Below are positions 48,760 through 58,456 of a DNA stretch of 64,000 nt, piece by piece. This DNA comes from Nitrosopumilus sp. (GTDB lineage Archaea > Thermoproteota > Nitrososphaeria > Nitrososphaerales > Nitrosopumilaceae), in assembly GCA_965214775.1 (NCBI GenBank), contig OZ243974.1, positions 1,536,001 to 1,600,000 on the forward strand, read 5' to 3'. The position numbers were made by a program, and so were the translations under genes. The notes beneath the pieces are model-generated. The model had not been told where the DNA came from. It saw nothing but the letters and a program-made list of their open reading frames with translations, and made no database searches. Position 1 is the first letter of the stretch. Every line of letters starts with the position of its first letter.

Positions 48760-50604
48760 CTATGATGCTCCCAATTCGAGTAGTTTTGTCTGAACACTGT
48801 CCTCCGTTTGTTTTATGATGAACTTTCTAGAATCGAGTATGGGTGGCAACAATCTGGCGCCTTTCTGTTTTAGTACATACATGATGTCGTATGGATTTGG
48901 CATGTCACCTTCATGTCCGCCTTCCTTTATCTTTTTTAGAAGACTCTCAGGCCACGTTTCATGCCGATTCAGATTAAAACTTTTCATGAACACATCATAA
49001 GCGGCTTCGGCAATGCTTAAAAATAGGTCCGGTGTGGGATCATTTTTTTTAAGATTTGAGAATTTGTCTATCATTTTGTCTTTTATTTGCCGTCTGTTTT
49101 TATCGTCAATCCCAATCATGGATTCGTAGATGAATCTTAGAATGTAATACTTTACAATGTCCTTACTGATGATGCCTTTTTTCCTCGATATCTCATCTGA
49201 TTGGTTGCTACTTAATTCCTTACACCATCTTCGATGCAATGCATCAAGCATTTGCATAAAGATGTGCGGTACGATAAGCTCCTCAATCTTTCTATTTTTG
49301 AAGATTTTGTAATAATAGCTATCGTCACTTGCCACAGAAAACAAAACTTTGTCGGACATCATTGCCTCATTGGGATCTAATGAATACGCACAATAGGCTC
49401 TTGCAACTGCACTCTTATCCAGTATGCGTCTGCTAGTCACACGAGACCGTGTGGATTTTTTGGCAGCTCCAAACCCCTTCGACTGTCGTTCAAAATAAAA
49501 ATTATTGAACTTGTTTTTACACTGTAGCATTAATTCTGTCATCTCTGGATAATTTGTCACCAGATCTGCCGGTTTGATTGGGTTTTGGGTATTTGTTGCC
49601 TCGCTGATTCGATTACGTTCTATGTCGTCTACTGTTTCATGTATGGTTAGCAGCAAAAACACATCATCTATGGGGTAAGTAGAATTCTCTAACGTGTATG
49701 TCGTCTGTCTTCCGTTTACTACTTTGAAGTTGTCTACCTTGTATGTTCGAGAATCTTCTGTGGCACTAAAATTAGTACAAGTGGCAGTAATGCCGTTGTT
49801 TAACTTCCAGAAATCGCTTCTTGCGAGCTTATCTTGAAGCGTATTAAGAATAGCCTTGTGAGTGGGTGCTGAGCTGCCAAGCGTTTGTCTAGGATTTTCC
49901 AAAAATATCATCTCCTTGTAATCCTTAGTGATTTTAACCAGATCTTTAGCATTTATGTGTCCTATGAGTGATTGTTTTTTTGTTATCTCAGATGTTCGTG
50001 TTATTATATCTCCATCAAACTTGATTTTTAGCGGCGGAGTGTGAGGAATGGTCATGCGTGATAAAATTCCATCTAGATCCAGAATCTCAAGATCTATGTT
50101 GGGATCGTTTCCAAGTCTTTCTTTTTTCCATTTGGGATCATTAACGAGTTCTTGAGCTTGTTCGTTTAGTCTTCCTGTCACTGCAAAGATCATCCTTTTC
50201 CTAATACGCGGATATTGTCTTTCCATCATGATGAATTCTGTGGATTTTTGCTTGAATGTCAGATTTGCCTGCTTTGGACAATCTGTGAGATAGGCTAGCG
50301 TACTTACAAATGATTCGATCTCTTCTCTGTTTACAATATGATTTAGATCTTCGCTAAATTTTGTCTGGATCCAGCATATGTATTGTTCGGTGACATCCCC
50401 GTTGTCGTCAGCATGAAAAATATCAATTCCATAATCGTTTTTCCCACCAATCGACACTACTTCGTCAATTTTGCCTTCATCTGAAATACCTAGTATGTTT
50501 TGACATATCCATCTTGGAAAGGCATCATATTTTGCTACACCTGTTTGCTCACAGATATGTTGGATCTGCTCATTGAACTGGGTTTTGCTGGCGTCTGATG
50601 TCAT
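48760..50604 (-). CDS. AIPR-family protein with N-terminal restriction-endonuclease-like domain
   Basis: ENPRQTLG, FWKLNNGIT, VVNGRQT, ATNTQNPIKPADL; N-terminal DYGID..IQTK. Confidence 0.88.
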   Translation of the reverse strand: MTSDASKTQFNEQIQHICEQTGVAKYDAFPRWICQNILGISDEGKIDEVVSIGGKNDYGIDIFHADDNGDVTEQYICWIQTKFSEDLNHIVNREEIESFVSTLAYLTDCPKQANLTFKQKSTEFIMMERQYPRIRKRMIFAVTGRLNEQAQELVNDPKWKKERLGNDPNIDLEILDLDGILSRMTIPHTPPLKIKFDGDIITRTSEITKKQSLIGHINAKDLVKITKDYKEMIFLENPRQTLGSSAPTHKAILNTLQDKLARSDFWKLNNGITATCTNFSATEDSRTYKVDNFKVVNGRQTTYTLENSTYPIDDVFLLLTIHETVDDIERNRISEATNTQNPIKPADLVTNYPEMTELMLQCKNKFNNFYFERQSKGFGAAKKSTRSRVTSRRILDKSAVARAYCAYSLDPNEAMMSDKVLFSVASDDSYYYKIFKNRKIEELIVPHIFMQMLDALHRRWCKELSSNQSDEISRKKGIISKDIVKYYILRFIYESMIGIDDKNRRQIKDKMIDKFSNLKKNDPTPDLFLSIAEAAYDVFMKSFNLNRHETWPESLLKKIKEGGHEGDMPNPYDIMYVLKQKGARLLPPILDSRKFIIKQTEDSVQTKLLELGAS

Positions 50605-50768
50605 TTCATTAAAAGGATGTATTTGCATTTTTATAATCTTTTCATGCTGATCGGTCTTTTGGACTGCACCAAGGGGGGGGATCCCTACCCACCTATCTTT
50701 TCAGAGTGGCATCTTAGGCAGACATCTCCTGTTTCATCTTCGATTTCGGATGGGCAAATTAGGGGCAA

Positions 50769-51215
50769 TTACTGCGTGATGTCCAAATACTGTGATACAC
50801 GCAATGTTATGCCTTCATCTTTTGCATCTTTGACAAGTTCTTTGCGACATGTTATCTTGAATATATCTTCATCCCTATTTTCGGAAAGCAGTCCTAGTCC
50901 GCCCTCATCTTCATCTTGTGCATCATTCATCTGCTCTTTTACCACGTCCATGAGAATCTTTAACAGCTTGTCTAGATCTTTTTTGTAGCTGATCTTGTTT
51001 GACACATTTGTGTTAAGATAGAATATCACTTCCAGTTCCAAGGGATTTCCCTTACATTTTGCTTGAAGTTCTCGGATGTGGGGATTTTGATCTACAAATG
51101 CGTCTCGCAGGCGTCTCTTTCTCAAAGTCTTTCTTTTATCCTGGACTGCAGTTTGAGGAATAAAGTTTCTGATGGTTAATTCTCCCAACAATGCCATCTT
51201 GTACAGCCTCATCAT
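50769..51215 (-). CDS. RusA-like resolvase-fold protein
   Basis: LELEVIFY..KDLDKLLKILMD..RDEDI..EGITLRV. Confidence 0.65.
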   Translation of the reverse strand: MMRLYKMALLGELTIRNFIPQTAVQDKRKTLRKRRLRDAFVDQNPHIRELQAKCKGNPLELEVIFYLNTNVSNKISYKKDLDKLLKILMDVVKEQMNDAQDEDEGGLGLLSENRDEDIFKITCRKELVKDAKDEGITLRVSQYLDITQ

Positions 51216-51274
51216 TTAACATTAAAAACTGTTATCAATTCGATCAGTCTTTCTCCAAATGATTCATGTACTAT

Positions 51275-52819
51275 AGATCTTATGCGTAATCGACCGGATC
51301 AAAATATTCCGACTGTGGGTCGGCCATACATGCAAAGATGACGGCATCACACAACGTGCACAAGGGCGACACAGTCCGCGTACAGTGCAGCTACGGATCA
51401 TTCCATCTGAGAAAAACTGCAGTGTCGTGCGGTATCGTGTGGCGCCGCAATGCGCTCCGTATCGCGGGATCAGAACCCAAGCCCGGGCTTCTTGCGCCGC
51501 CTGTCCCACAGTATCTTAAAGTTGACAAGCCCGGTGATCACATCCAGCTCCCGGTCAAACTCCCCGGCAGTCCCGTCATACGGGATGCACATCAGCCTGT
51601 ACTGCCTGATGTGACCTGTGGCGTGCTCCACTATGATCCTCCTGCCGCTTATCCTCTTGTTCTGTGCGCGTTGCTTCCTCGTAAGCTTGCCGCCCTTGGG
51701 CTTTTTGTGGGGTTGCTTGAGTATAACGCCGGGATACACCTTCTTGATTCCAAGATATCCCAGATCCGTGAGCAGTTTTACCATCTGGCCCCTGGTATGC
51801 CTTTTGTTGCTGCGCATCCTGGCAGACAGCAGTCCAAGATCCGGGAGATTGTCCTTTATCATGCTGATGTCGTGCGTGCTTCCGGGAGCCGATGCGCTCT
51901 TGTGTATGAGCAGGCCGTCATTGGCAGTCATCATCTGGACGTTGCGCGTAAAGCTCTTCTTCTTGCCCGAGTACGCCTCCTTTCTTGAATCCTTGTTTGA
52001 GGGGCGCCGTATGTCCATGTGCGTGCCGTCGACCATCACGATCAGGTTGGGGACTATTCTCTTGATCTCCTCGATCGTACGGGCGTTTCGTATCCTTTTT
52101 TCGACCTTGGATGCAGTTGGCAGTATCTCGGCAAATATCGTGTTGGCAAACCTGAGGTACCTGCATACCGTGCTCTGGTCTATCCCAAAGAATGCGGCAA
52201 GCTGCTCCTGTGTCGGGGCCCCTGTCTTGCGCATCAGCGACAGCAGTATGGCGTAGCGGTATGGCAGCTTGCATCTGTTGCCGGGAACCTCGTCCCCGTC
52301 CTCTGAAAACAGGGGGAGCTCGGGGTGCTTTCGGGCCTGTCTTATGAACCGGTCGGATATGCAGTCAAACTGGGCGCGGTCCACGGATGTCGTGGCACGC
52401 AACAGCTTGCCACCGATTATGTCCTCGAGTACCTCGCGCCTGTGAAAGAACACGGCGTTCTCTGTTGTGCGCCTGTTGTCATCCTGGGAGGTGGGCCACA
52501 TCTTGCGTTCGGTGTCTGCCTGCCGGCTCACCTGCTTTATCTTCTTCTGATCCTTCTCATGCATTTTCTTGTACTGCGTATTCTCCATCTTGTACTGTAT
52601 GAGATTCATTTTCAGCTGTCGTATTGTCTGGGTCTTGGATTCTGCCATACCGCTACTGCGGGAATGAATCCCGGATCTAACTCAACCGACTGAAAATAGT
52701 TGCGTATTTGATCAAATATGTTGGACACCGCGGCGCCTCACGGTACCGCTTGCCGGCTTGACATGCATGATCGGCTCTCAAAGATAATATTTCGATCCTG
52801 ACGATTACGCATAAGGTCT
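51275..52819 (-). mobile_element. IS5-family element, copy 2
   Basis: Ends AGATCTTATGCGTAATCG / CGATTACGCATAAGGTCT; flanks TAT/AAT (imperfect). Confidence 0.85.
51470..52648 (-). CDS. IS5-family DDE transposase
   Basis: LAAFFGIDQSTVCR, MVDGT, YSGKKK, TDLGY, RIIVEH. Confidence 0.9.
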   Translation of the reverse strand: MAESKTQTIRQLKMNLIQYKMENTQYKKMHEKDQKKIKQVSRQADTERKMWPTSQDDNRRTTENAVFFHRREVLEDIIGGKLLRATTSVDRAQFDCISDRFIRQARKHPELPLFSEDGDEVPGNRCKLPYRYAILLSLMRKTGAPTQEQLAAFFGIDQSTVCRYLRFANTIFAEILPTASKVEKRIRNARTIEEIKRIVPNLIVMVDGTHMDIRRPSNKDSRKEAYSGKKKSFTRNVQMMTANDGLLIHKSASAPGSTHDISMIKDNLPDLGLLSARMRSNKRHTRGQMVKLLTDLGYLGIKKVYPGVILKQPHKKPKGGKLTRKQRAQNKRISGRRIIVEHATGHIRQYRLMCIPYDGTAGEFDRELDVITGLVNFKILWDRRRKKPGLGF

Positions 52820-53042
52820 AATCTAAAAAATGGTAATAATGAAAAACTTTCAGAATGATGAAATAACGACATTAGAAGTCATTCATAAACATCCAAGCTG
52901 GGGTGTAGTTGCTTCTGAATAATTTAGAACGGTGCATTTGTGAATGACTTCTATATTACAAGAGGGGCAAAGGATTTCAAAAACACTGTGAAAGTGTTAG
53001 AAACAATTTTGATAAAATAAAAAATTGAAAATAAAAGAATGT

Positions 53043-53411
53043 TTAGGAGTTTATTGTGTTCTCAATAATCTCCTGTCTTTCGGTTTTTTCTGGATAACTT
53101 TGGAAGGAGTGCGCCTGTGCTATCGCTAAAGCAAATTGTTGCAGCAATCTTAACTCTTGTGCGTCAGAATTCCAACGGTACATCATGGTTTTTCCAATTG
53201 TGCGCTGATTTGTTAGGAAACCCATTTTCTCTAAATTGTCTATTTCTTTGGATGCAGTCTGTATCGATATCTTTGCTTTGTCTGATACTTCAGCCAGTGA
53301 ATAATCAAGATCCCGATGATCCAAAAAGAAATCAATCACTTTTGCTGTAGAACCATTTTGGAAGATTCTTGTCAAGACACCATTTTGCTCTTCTGGAGGC
53401 GTGACTGGCAT
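53043..53411 (-). CDS. Winged-helix DNA-binding protein
   Basis: KVIDFFL..YSLAEVSDKAKISIQTASKEIDNLEKMGFL..IGKTMMY. Confidence 0.75.
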   Translation of the reverse strand: MPVTPPEEQNGVLTRIFQNGSTAKVIDFFLDHRDLDYSLAEVSDKAKISIQTASKEIDNLEKMGFLTNQRTIGKTMMYRWNSDAQELRLLQQFALAIAQAHSFQSYPEKTERQEIIENTINS

Positions 53412-53545
53412 GAGAATGCTGAAAGATCCCCCTATATGATATTTACTTATGAAATAGTTGACATATAGGATAATCTTAGTTGTTTCAACTGAAAAAATAT
53501 CAAATATATCATAAGTTTTTATAAGATGACGATAAACCCCACTTA

Positions 53546-54337
53546 ATGAACAAATATGGAAAGATTATACTTGAAAATCTCCTAAAGTCTGGCTATGCCT
53601 TAGACCAAAGAGAATTTCTAGATACTATCCCCTCCAGAGACCGACATCATATGCTAGATGCAATTGCACGTTTAGAATCCGATTTACTGGTTACAAGAGA
53701 TTGCTCTGAAGACGAAATTACAATTGTGTTGCCCCAAAATAAAATTCCCGAGGCATTCAACATTGTAAGTTCAATCAAATTTGATGAGCAGGTTTTATCA
53801 CCAATTGAGGAACTAATTCCTAAAAAATACAGTAGACCATTTTTGAGATCCAAGGGAGAGAAAAAGATTCACGGGAAAGTTTCCACTTATGCCTTTTGTA
53901 ATACTTACACAGATTCATATGATGTAACTTGTTTTGTAATTAATCACAAAGGAGACATGCATTCCATACATCTAGGAAGTGTGCATGATCCATCATCAAT
54001 GATTTCTGCATTCATAAAAGAAATTGATGCAAAATTCAAAAATGTATTATTTACAAGAGAGGATCTAAAAACAAGTCTACCAAAAAAGTTAATTCAGAAT
54101 AACCAGCCAACAAAAGCAGCTGTTGAATATCTATGTCATGAAAAATTCCTTATTCGACATGACTACACATCAAACAGATGCTCAAAGTTTGAACGAACAG
54201 GGAAGGTACATCCAATTACAACTATTGAAGAAACGATTGCAGCAAGTCACGACATCACAAAACCAATCACCATGACAATGGAAGGTGCTAAATATGCTTA
54301 TCACGAAGAGGACGGACTTTATCCTGTTCTAGACTAG
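53546..54337 (+). CDS. Hypothetical protein
   Basis: 263-aa ORF with no recognised motif; its stop overlaps an IS5-like end (agatattatgcgtaat, 54336). Confidence 0.65.
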   Translation: MNKYGKIILENLLKSGYALDQREFLDTIPSRDRHHMLDAIARLESDLLVTRDCSEDEITIVLPQNKIPEAFNIVSSIKFDEQVLSPIEELIPKKYSRPFLRSKGEKKIHGKVSTYAFCNTYTDSYDVTCFVINHKGDMHSIHLGSVHDPSSMISAFIKEIDAKFKNVLFTREDLKTSLPKKLIQNNQPTKAAVEYLCHEKFLIRHDYTSNRCSKFERTGKVHPITTIEETIAASHDITKPITMTMEGAKYAYHEEDGLYPVLD

Positions 54338-54548
54338 ATATTATGCGTAATGACGCATTCAATGATCGGTTGAAAATACAAAGTAAAGAATGTGAAAATG
54401 CACATATTGAAAACTCCAGTATAAAACATCTGAGGGCCATGATTGAGACAATTATAGGAGCCGTTGGTAGAATTATTTCTTGGCTTCATAGTGGCAATTG
54501 AAAGTCTTTGATCATCAAAAAGCATCTTACTGTGTAATTCATACCCAT

Positions 54549-54625
54549 GAACCTCATGTGTAATCGGCACAGACCAAAAAATCAGGCGGCTTTTACGTCA
54601 TTTTGGCAGACACGGATAAAGGTCT
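54549..54625. mobile_element. MITE family C, copy 2 (reverse orientation, diverged)
   Basis: aggcggcttttacgtcattttggca matches the reverse complement of the core of 42004-42081. Confidence 0.7.
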
Positions 54626-54637
54626 ATTAAAGAAATT

Positions 54638-56226
54638 AGACTTTATGCGTAATCGCCCGGATCGAAATATCCTGTTTGCAAGCTGATCATGCATCAGGCT
54701 GGCAGGCAGCGCCTCGCATTGTCCAAAATATTTGATCAAAACTGCGACTATTTTCAGTCGGTTGATTTAGATCCGGGATCCATCCTCGAACAGGAGTGAT
54801 GGCAAAATCCGAGACCGTGCTTATACGGCAACTGAGCAAAGAGAATGAGCAGTACAGGCAAATGTACGAGCAGGAGAAGATGCAGTACAAGAGGGAGGCC
54901 AAGCAGCAAGGGAGGGAGAATGCACAGTACAGGCAAATGTACGAGCAGGCCCAGGACAAGATAGGGCAGTTAAACCAGAGGCTGGACTTTGAGCGCGGGT
55001 TCTGGCCTGTAACATGGAATGACAAAAGGCGTACCGCAGAGAACGTCGCGTTCATGCACAGGCTCGAGGTGCTCGAGGACATAATCGGCGGCCGATCCCT
55101 GCAGGCCACCACGTCCCTGAACCTGCGTCAGTTTGAATATATATTAAACCTGTATATGGAGAAGGCCAAAAAGCATACAGAATGCCCCCTGTTTTCTGAG
55201 GACGAGGACGACGGGCCCGGAAACCGGTGCAAGCTGTCCTACAGACACGCCTTCCTGCTGGCCCTGATGCGCAAGCGCGGAAACCTCATCCAGGAGCAGC
55301 TGGCGGCATTCTTTGGCATAGACCAGAGCACCGTATGCAGGTACATCAAGTTTTCTGACATCATATTCCTTGAGATACTGCCCACGCCGTATAAAATATC
55401 GCAGAAGATACGAAACACATGCACCATAGAGGATCTGATGAAGATCGTCCCCGACCTGACCGTAGCCGTCGACGGCACGCACATAGACATACAGCGCCCC
55501 ACAGACAGGGAGCCAAGAAAGGAGGCGTACTCTGGCAAGAAGAAGAGCTTTACGCGCAACGTCCAGGTAATGACCAACAAGGACAGGCTGATAATATACG
55601 CAAGCAAGTCGGCTCCGGGAAGCGCGCACGACCTCACCATGATAAGGGACAACCCCCCGGAGCTGGGAATCCTGACTGCCAGGATGCGCAGCAACAGGAA
55701 GCATCCCGATGACGAGAAGGTAAAACTGTTATCGGATCTTGGGTACCTTGGAATCAAAAAAATGTACCCAGGGGTCATATCCATGCAGCCCCACAAGAAA
55801 CCAAAGGGGGACAAGCTTACAAAGAAACAGCGCGCACAGAACAGGAGGACAAGTAGCGAGAGGGTGACAGTCGAGCATGCCATATGGCTGGTAAAACAGT
55901 ACAAGCGGATGCGCGACCCGTACGACGGGACGGCCGAGGAGTTTGACCGGGAGTTCCAGGTGACAGCCGGGCTTGCCAACTTTAGGACGCTGTGGGACAA
56001 GCGGGACAAGAAGCTCAGGCTTGGGTTCTGATATTACGACGCGGAGCGCATTGCGGCGCCACACGATGCCGCACGATACTACAGTTTTTGTCAGCTAGAC
56101 GGGCTCATGACATGCGGTGCGGTGTCCTCTGCCGCCTTTGCACATGCCGTATGACGCTGCCGGTTCTGCATGCATGGTCAGCTTGCAAACGTAATATTTC
56201 GATCCAGTCGATTACGCATAAGGTCT
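54638..56226 (+). mobile_element. IS5-family element, copy 3
   Basis: AGACTTTATGCGTAATCG / CGATTACGCATAAGGTCT; ATT on both sides. Confidence 0.88.
54796..56031 (+). CDS. IS5-family DDE transposase
   Basis: Close homologue of 51470..52648 (AVDGT, SDLGY, RVTVEH). Confidence 0.9.
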   Translation: MMAKSETVLIRQLSKENEQYRQMYEQEKMQYKREAKQQGRENAQYRQMYEQAQDKIGQLNQRLDFERGFWPVTWNDKRRTAENVAFMHRLEVLEDIIGGRSLQATTSLNLRQFEYILNLYMEKAKKHTECPLFSEDEDDGPGNRCKLSYRHAFLLALMRKRGNLIQEQLAAFFGIDQSTVCRYIKFSDIIFLEILPTPYKISQKIRNTCTIEDLMKIVPDLTVAVDGTHIDIQRPTDREPRKEAYSGKKKSFTRNVQVMTNKDRLIIYASKSAPGSAHDLTMIRDNPPELGILTARMRSNRKHPDDEKVKLLSDLGYLGIKKMYPGVISMQPHKKPKGDKLTKKQRAQNRRTSSERVTVEHAIWLVKQYKRMRDPYDGTAEEFDREFQVTAGLANFRTLWDKRDKKLRLGF

Positions 56227-56227
56227 A

Positions 56228-58456
56228 TTACGAAAAAAGAGTCTTTTCTATCGCCTCTCTTACGGAACTACTTAATGGTTCCTTTGCATGGGGATTTTCG
56301 AAGATCTTCCCTTCTGTCCCATATGACAAATCGTCATAAAGACGTGTTTTATAGCATACAACTGCACTGATCAAATCAGCCTCCGGTTCTAATCCGTGTA
56401 TCGACTCTTTCTCGTCTCTATGAGCATACGAGCCCACCACCTCGGCTTTTTCCTTATCAAAATACACCGTCGATTTTAAGGTTCCAAACAAATAGTCCTC
56501 TACAAAGTCATAATTTACTTCGGATCTTCCTATGTCAACTGCTACAATGACAGGCTGGCCTGTGAAGCCAAGTCCTTTTAGCTGATCCTTAAATTTATCA
56601 TAAATTTTGTCCTTAATTCTATTTGGAATCCCTCTGGCACCCCGGAGCTTTTCTAAAGGCTTGAACATATCTGGGCTGATAATTTCCACATAAACAGATT
56701 GTGTATCAATCTCGATTTTTACATCCAGTTTTTTTGAATCAACTTTGGGCTCAATCTCAACCTCGTATGAAGACAAGAACGGTGCCACAAAATCAATCTC
56801 ACTAAGGGTTGCATCAAATTGAGGCTCGTTTTTTAGCTTTTTAGAATATCTTGTGCTGAAACCAGCATCTTTCAAAGCCTTTATGCTTTGATCAAGTTTG
56901 CATAGAAAGAGGAACGTACTCATGAGGCTTTTTAGTCGTAATACGTCGCCGGATATATCTCGATCAGTCTGTGCTTTTTTTATTGAATTGACTAGTTCAT
57001 CAAATCTTTTTCTTGAAGGCAATCCACATTCCAACATTTTCAGAATTAGGTGAGTACGGTTGTTTTCATTTTGTTTTTGCTCAAACCAAGGAATTCCAAG
57101 CAAATCTCTAATGTTAGAAAACTCATCTAGGTTTTGAAATATAACGTTATAATTAAGAGGTTTTGAACAATATTTTATTCTGTCAATGATGTCTGCGCAC
57201 TGCAGAATCTCATCAGATTCGTCTTTAGTTAGCGCAGCAATGTCAATTCCTCGATCTTTAGCAAGATTGGCAAGGAAGTCAAATAGCTTTGAAGTTAATT
57301 CAGGATCAGTATCCTTGCCATATGTTTCAGAAATTACTTCAAGTAATATATCCAGGCCTTTATTTACAAATTTTGGATCAGAATTAATTAATCGGAATGC
57401 TGGTTCAAGAATGGCTTTCTTGTCTGTTTTAGACACCAGATCCTTGATCATAATTGGAATGTGAAAGCTTAATCGAGAGTTATGCTCTGTCCTAATCCAG
57501 TCCAAAATTATTGTAAGGGCACTTGCCGCGTTTGTTTTACCCAATTCTCCCAACACATATCCCATATCTTCAAAATCATACCCATCTCTGATTGTATATT
57601 TTGCAAGAATTTCAAGCACCTTGTTGGGATATTTTTTAACAAAGCATGCTAGTGCGAAAAGCACATTTCTTTTCACGTTAATGTCGGACTCTTGGGAACA
57701 AATCTCCAAAAAGTGAAGATCGGTTTCCTCATCAAATGGAGAGCGTATCCAGATTCTATAAGCCAACCGGAATTTACATTCGGTGTGACCTCTTGCAAGG
57801 TTTTCAATTATTTTTTTACTTTTTTCTACATCCTTGTCGTAAAAGTCTAGGAATGCTTCCATGGACTCTAATTTTACCTTCATAAAATCAGATTTTGAGG
57901 TTTGTTCAAAAATGGTGAAGATTTTTTCTTTGTCACTCATCTCTGAGTCTTTGTAAGCTATGCGTAGAGCTTTTATTGCAGCAACCTGTTGACGAGGATT
58001 TTCGGAGTGTAGTGATTCTGTTATCAGAGCATTGCTTTCTTCTACTAATTCATGGAACGCTCCTCCTATCAGGAAGCTAGAACATTCAGGACTGCTTGAT
58101 TCAAGCAATTTGCTGGCAATCTTCATGGCTAATCTGGGATTTGATTTTCCAATAGCTGTAAGGGAATCAATGAATGGACCCTGAGCCAAGTCGTCTTTTA
58201 TTTTGTCTATTACGAGCTCAATTATTTCAATAAATTCCTCATCATCCGAAGCTAAATCTTGTATGACATTAGAGACAACATAAAGAAATCTAAAAATATT
58301 TTCTTTAATTAAATACTTGATTAATTCGTATAATTCTTGTCTGTTTAACTCGATGTTTTTTTCGGCAAGATAATCGGTTAGTTTTTTAGATTTCCAATAA
58401 TCCCATTCTTGGTCTTCAATTTGCTTTTTAATGTATTTTATTTGACTTTCATCCAT
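56228..58456 (-). CDS. HEAT/ARM-like repeat protein with C-terminal PD-(D/E)XK-like nuclease domain
   Basis: Helical repeats (LHSENPRQQVAAIKAL; SQESDINVKRNVLFAL); C-terminal LSEI..EIEP..KKLDVKI..VYVEI..QL; ATG at 58456 inferred. Confidence 0.65.
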   Translation of the reverse strand: MDESQIKYIKKQIEDQEWDYWKSKKLTDYLAEKNIELNRQELYELIKYLIKENIFRFLYVVSNVIQDLASDDEEFIEIIELVIDKIKDDLAQGPFIDSLTAIGKSNPRLAMKIASKLLESSSPECSSFLIGGAFHELVEESNALITESLHSENPRQQVAAIKALRIAYKDSEMSDKEKIFTIFEQTSKSDFMKVKLESMEAFLDFYDKDVEKSKKIIENLARGHTECKFRLAYRIWIRSPFDEETDLHFLEICSQESDINVKRNVLFALACFVKKYPNKVLEILAKYTIRDGYDFEDMGYVLGELGKTNAASALTIILDWIRTEHNSRLSFHIPIMIKDLVSKTDKKAILEPAFRLINSDPKFVNKGLDILLEVISETYGKDTDPELTSKLFDFLANLAKDRGIDIAALTKDESDEILQCADIIDRIKYCSKPLNYNVIFQNLDEFSNIRDLLGIPWFEQKQNENNRTHLILKMLECGLPSRKRFDELVNSIKKAQTDRDISGDVLRLKSLMSTFLFLCKLDQSIKALKDAGFSTRYSKKLKNEPQFDATLSEIDFVAPFLSSYEVEIEPKVDSKKLDVKIEIDTQSVYVEIISPDMFKPLEKLRGARGIPNRIKDKIYDKFKDQLKGLGFTGQPVIVAVDIGRSEVNYDFVEDYLFGTLKSTVYFDKEKAEVVGSYAHRDEKESIHGLEPEADLISAVVCYKTRLYDDLSYGTEGKIFENPHAKEPLSSSVREAIEKTLFS

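Noticed and set aside
51275-56226. Composite transposon from IS5 copies 2 and 3
   Set aside because: Outer flanks differ (TAT vs ATT) and copy 3 has its own ATT duplication
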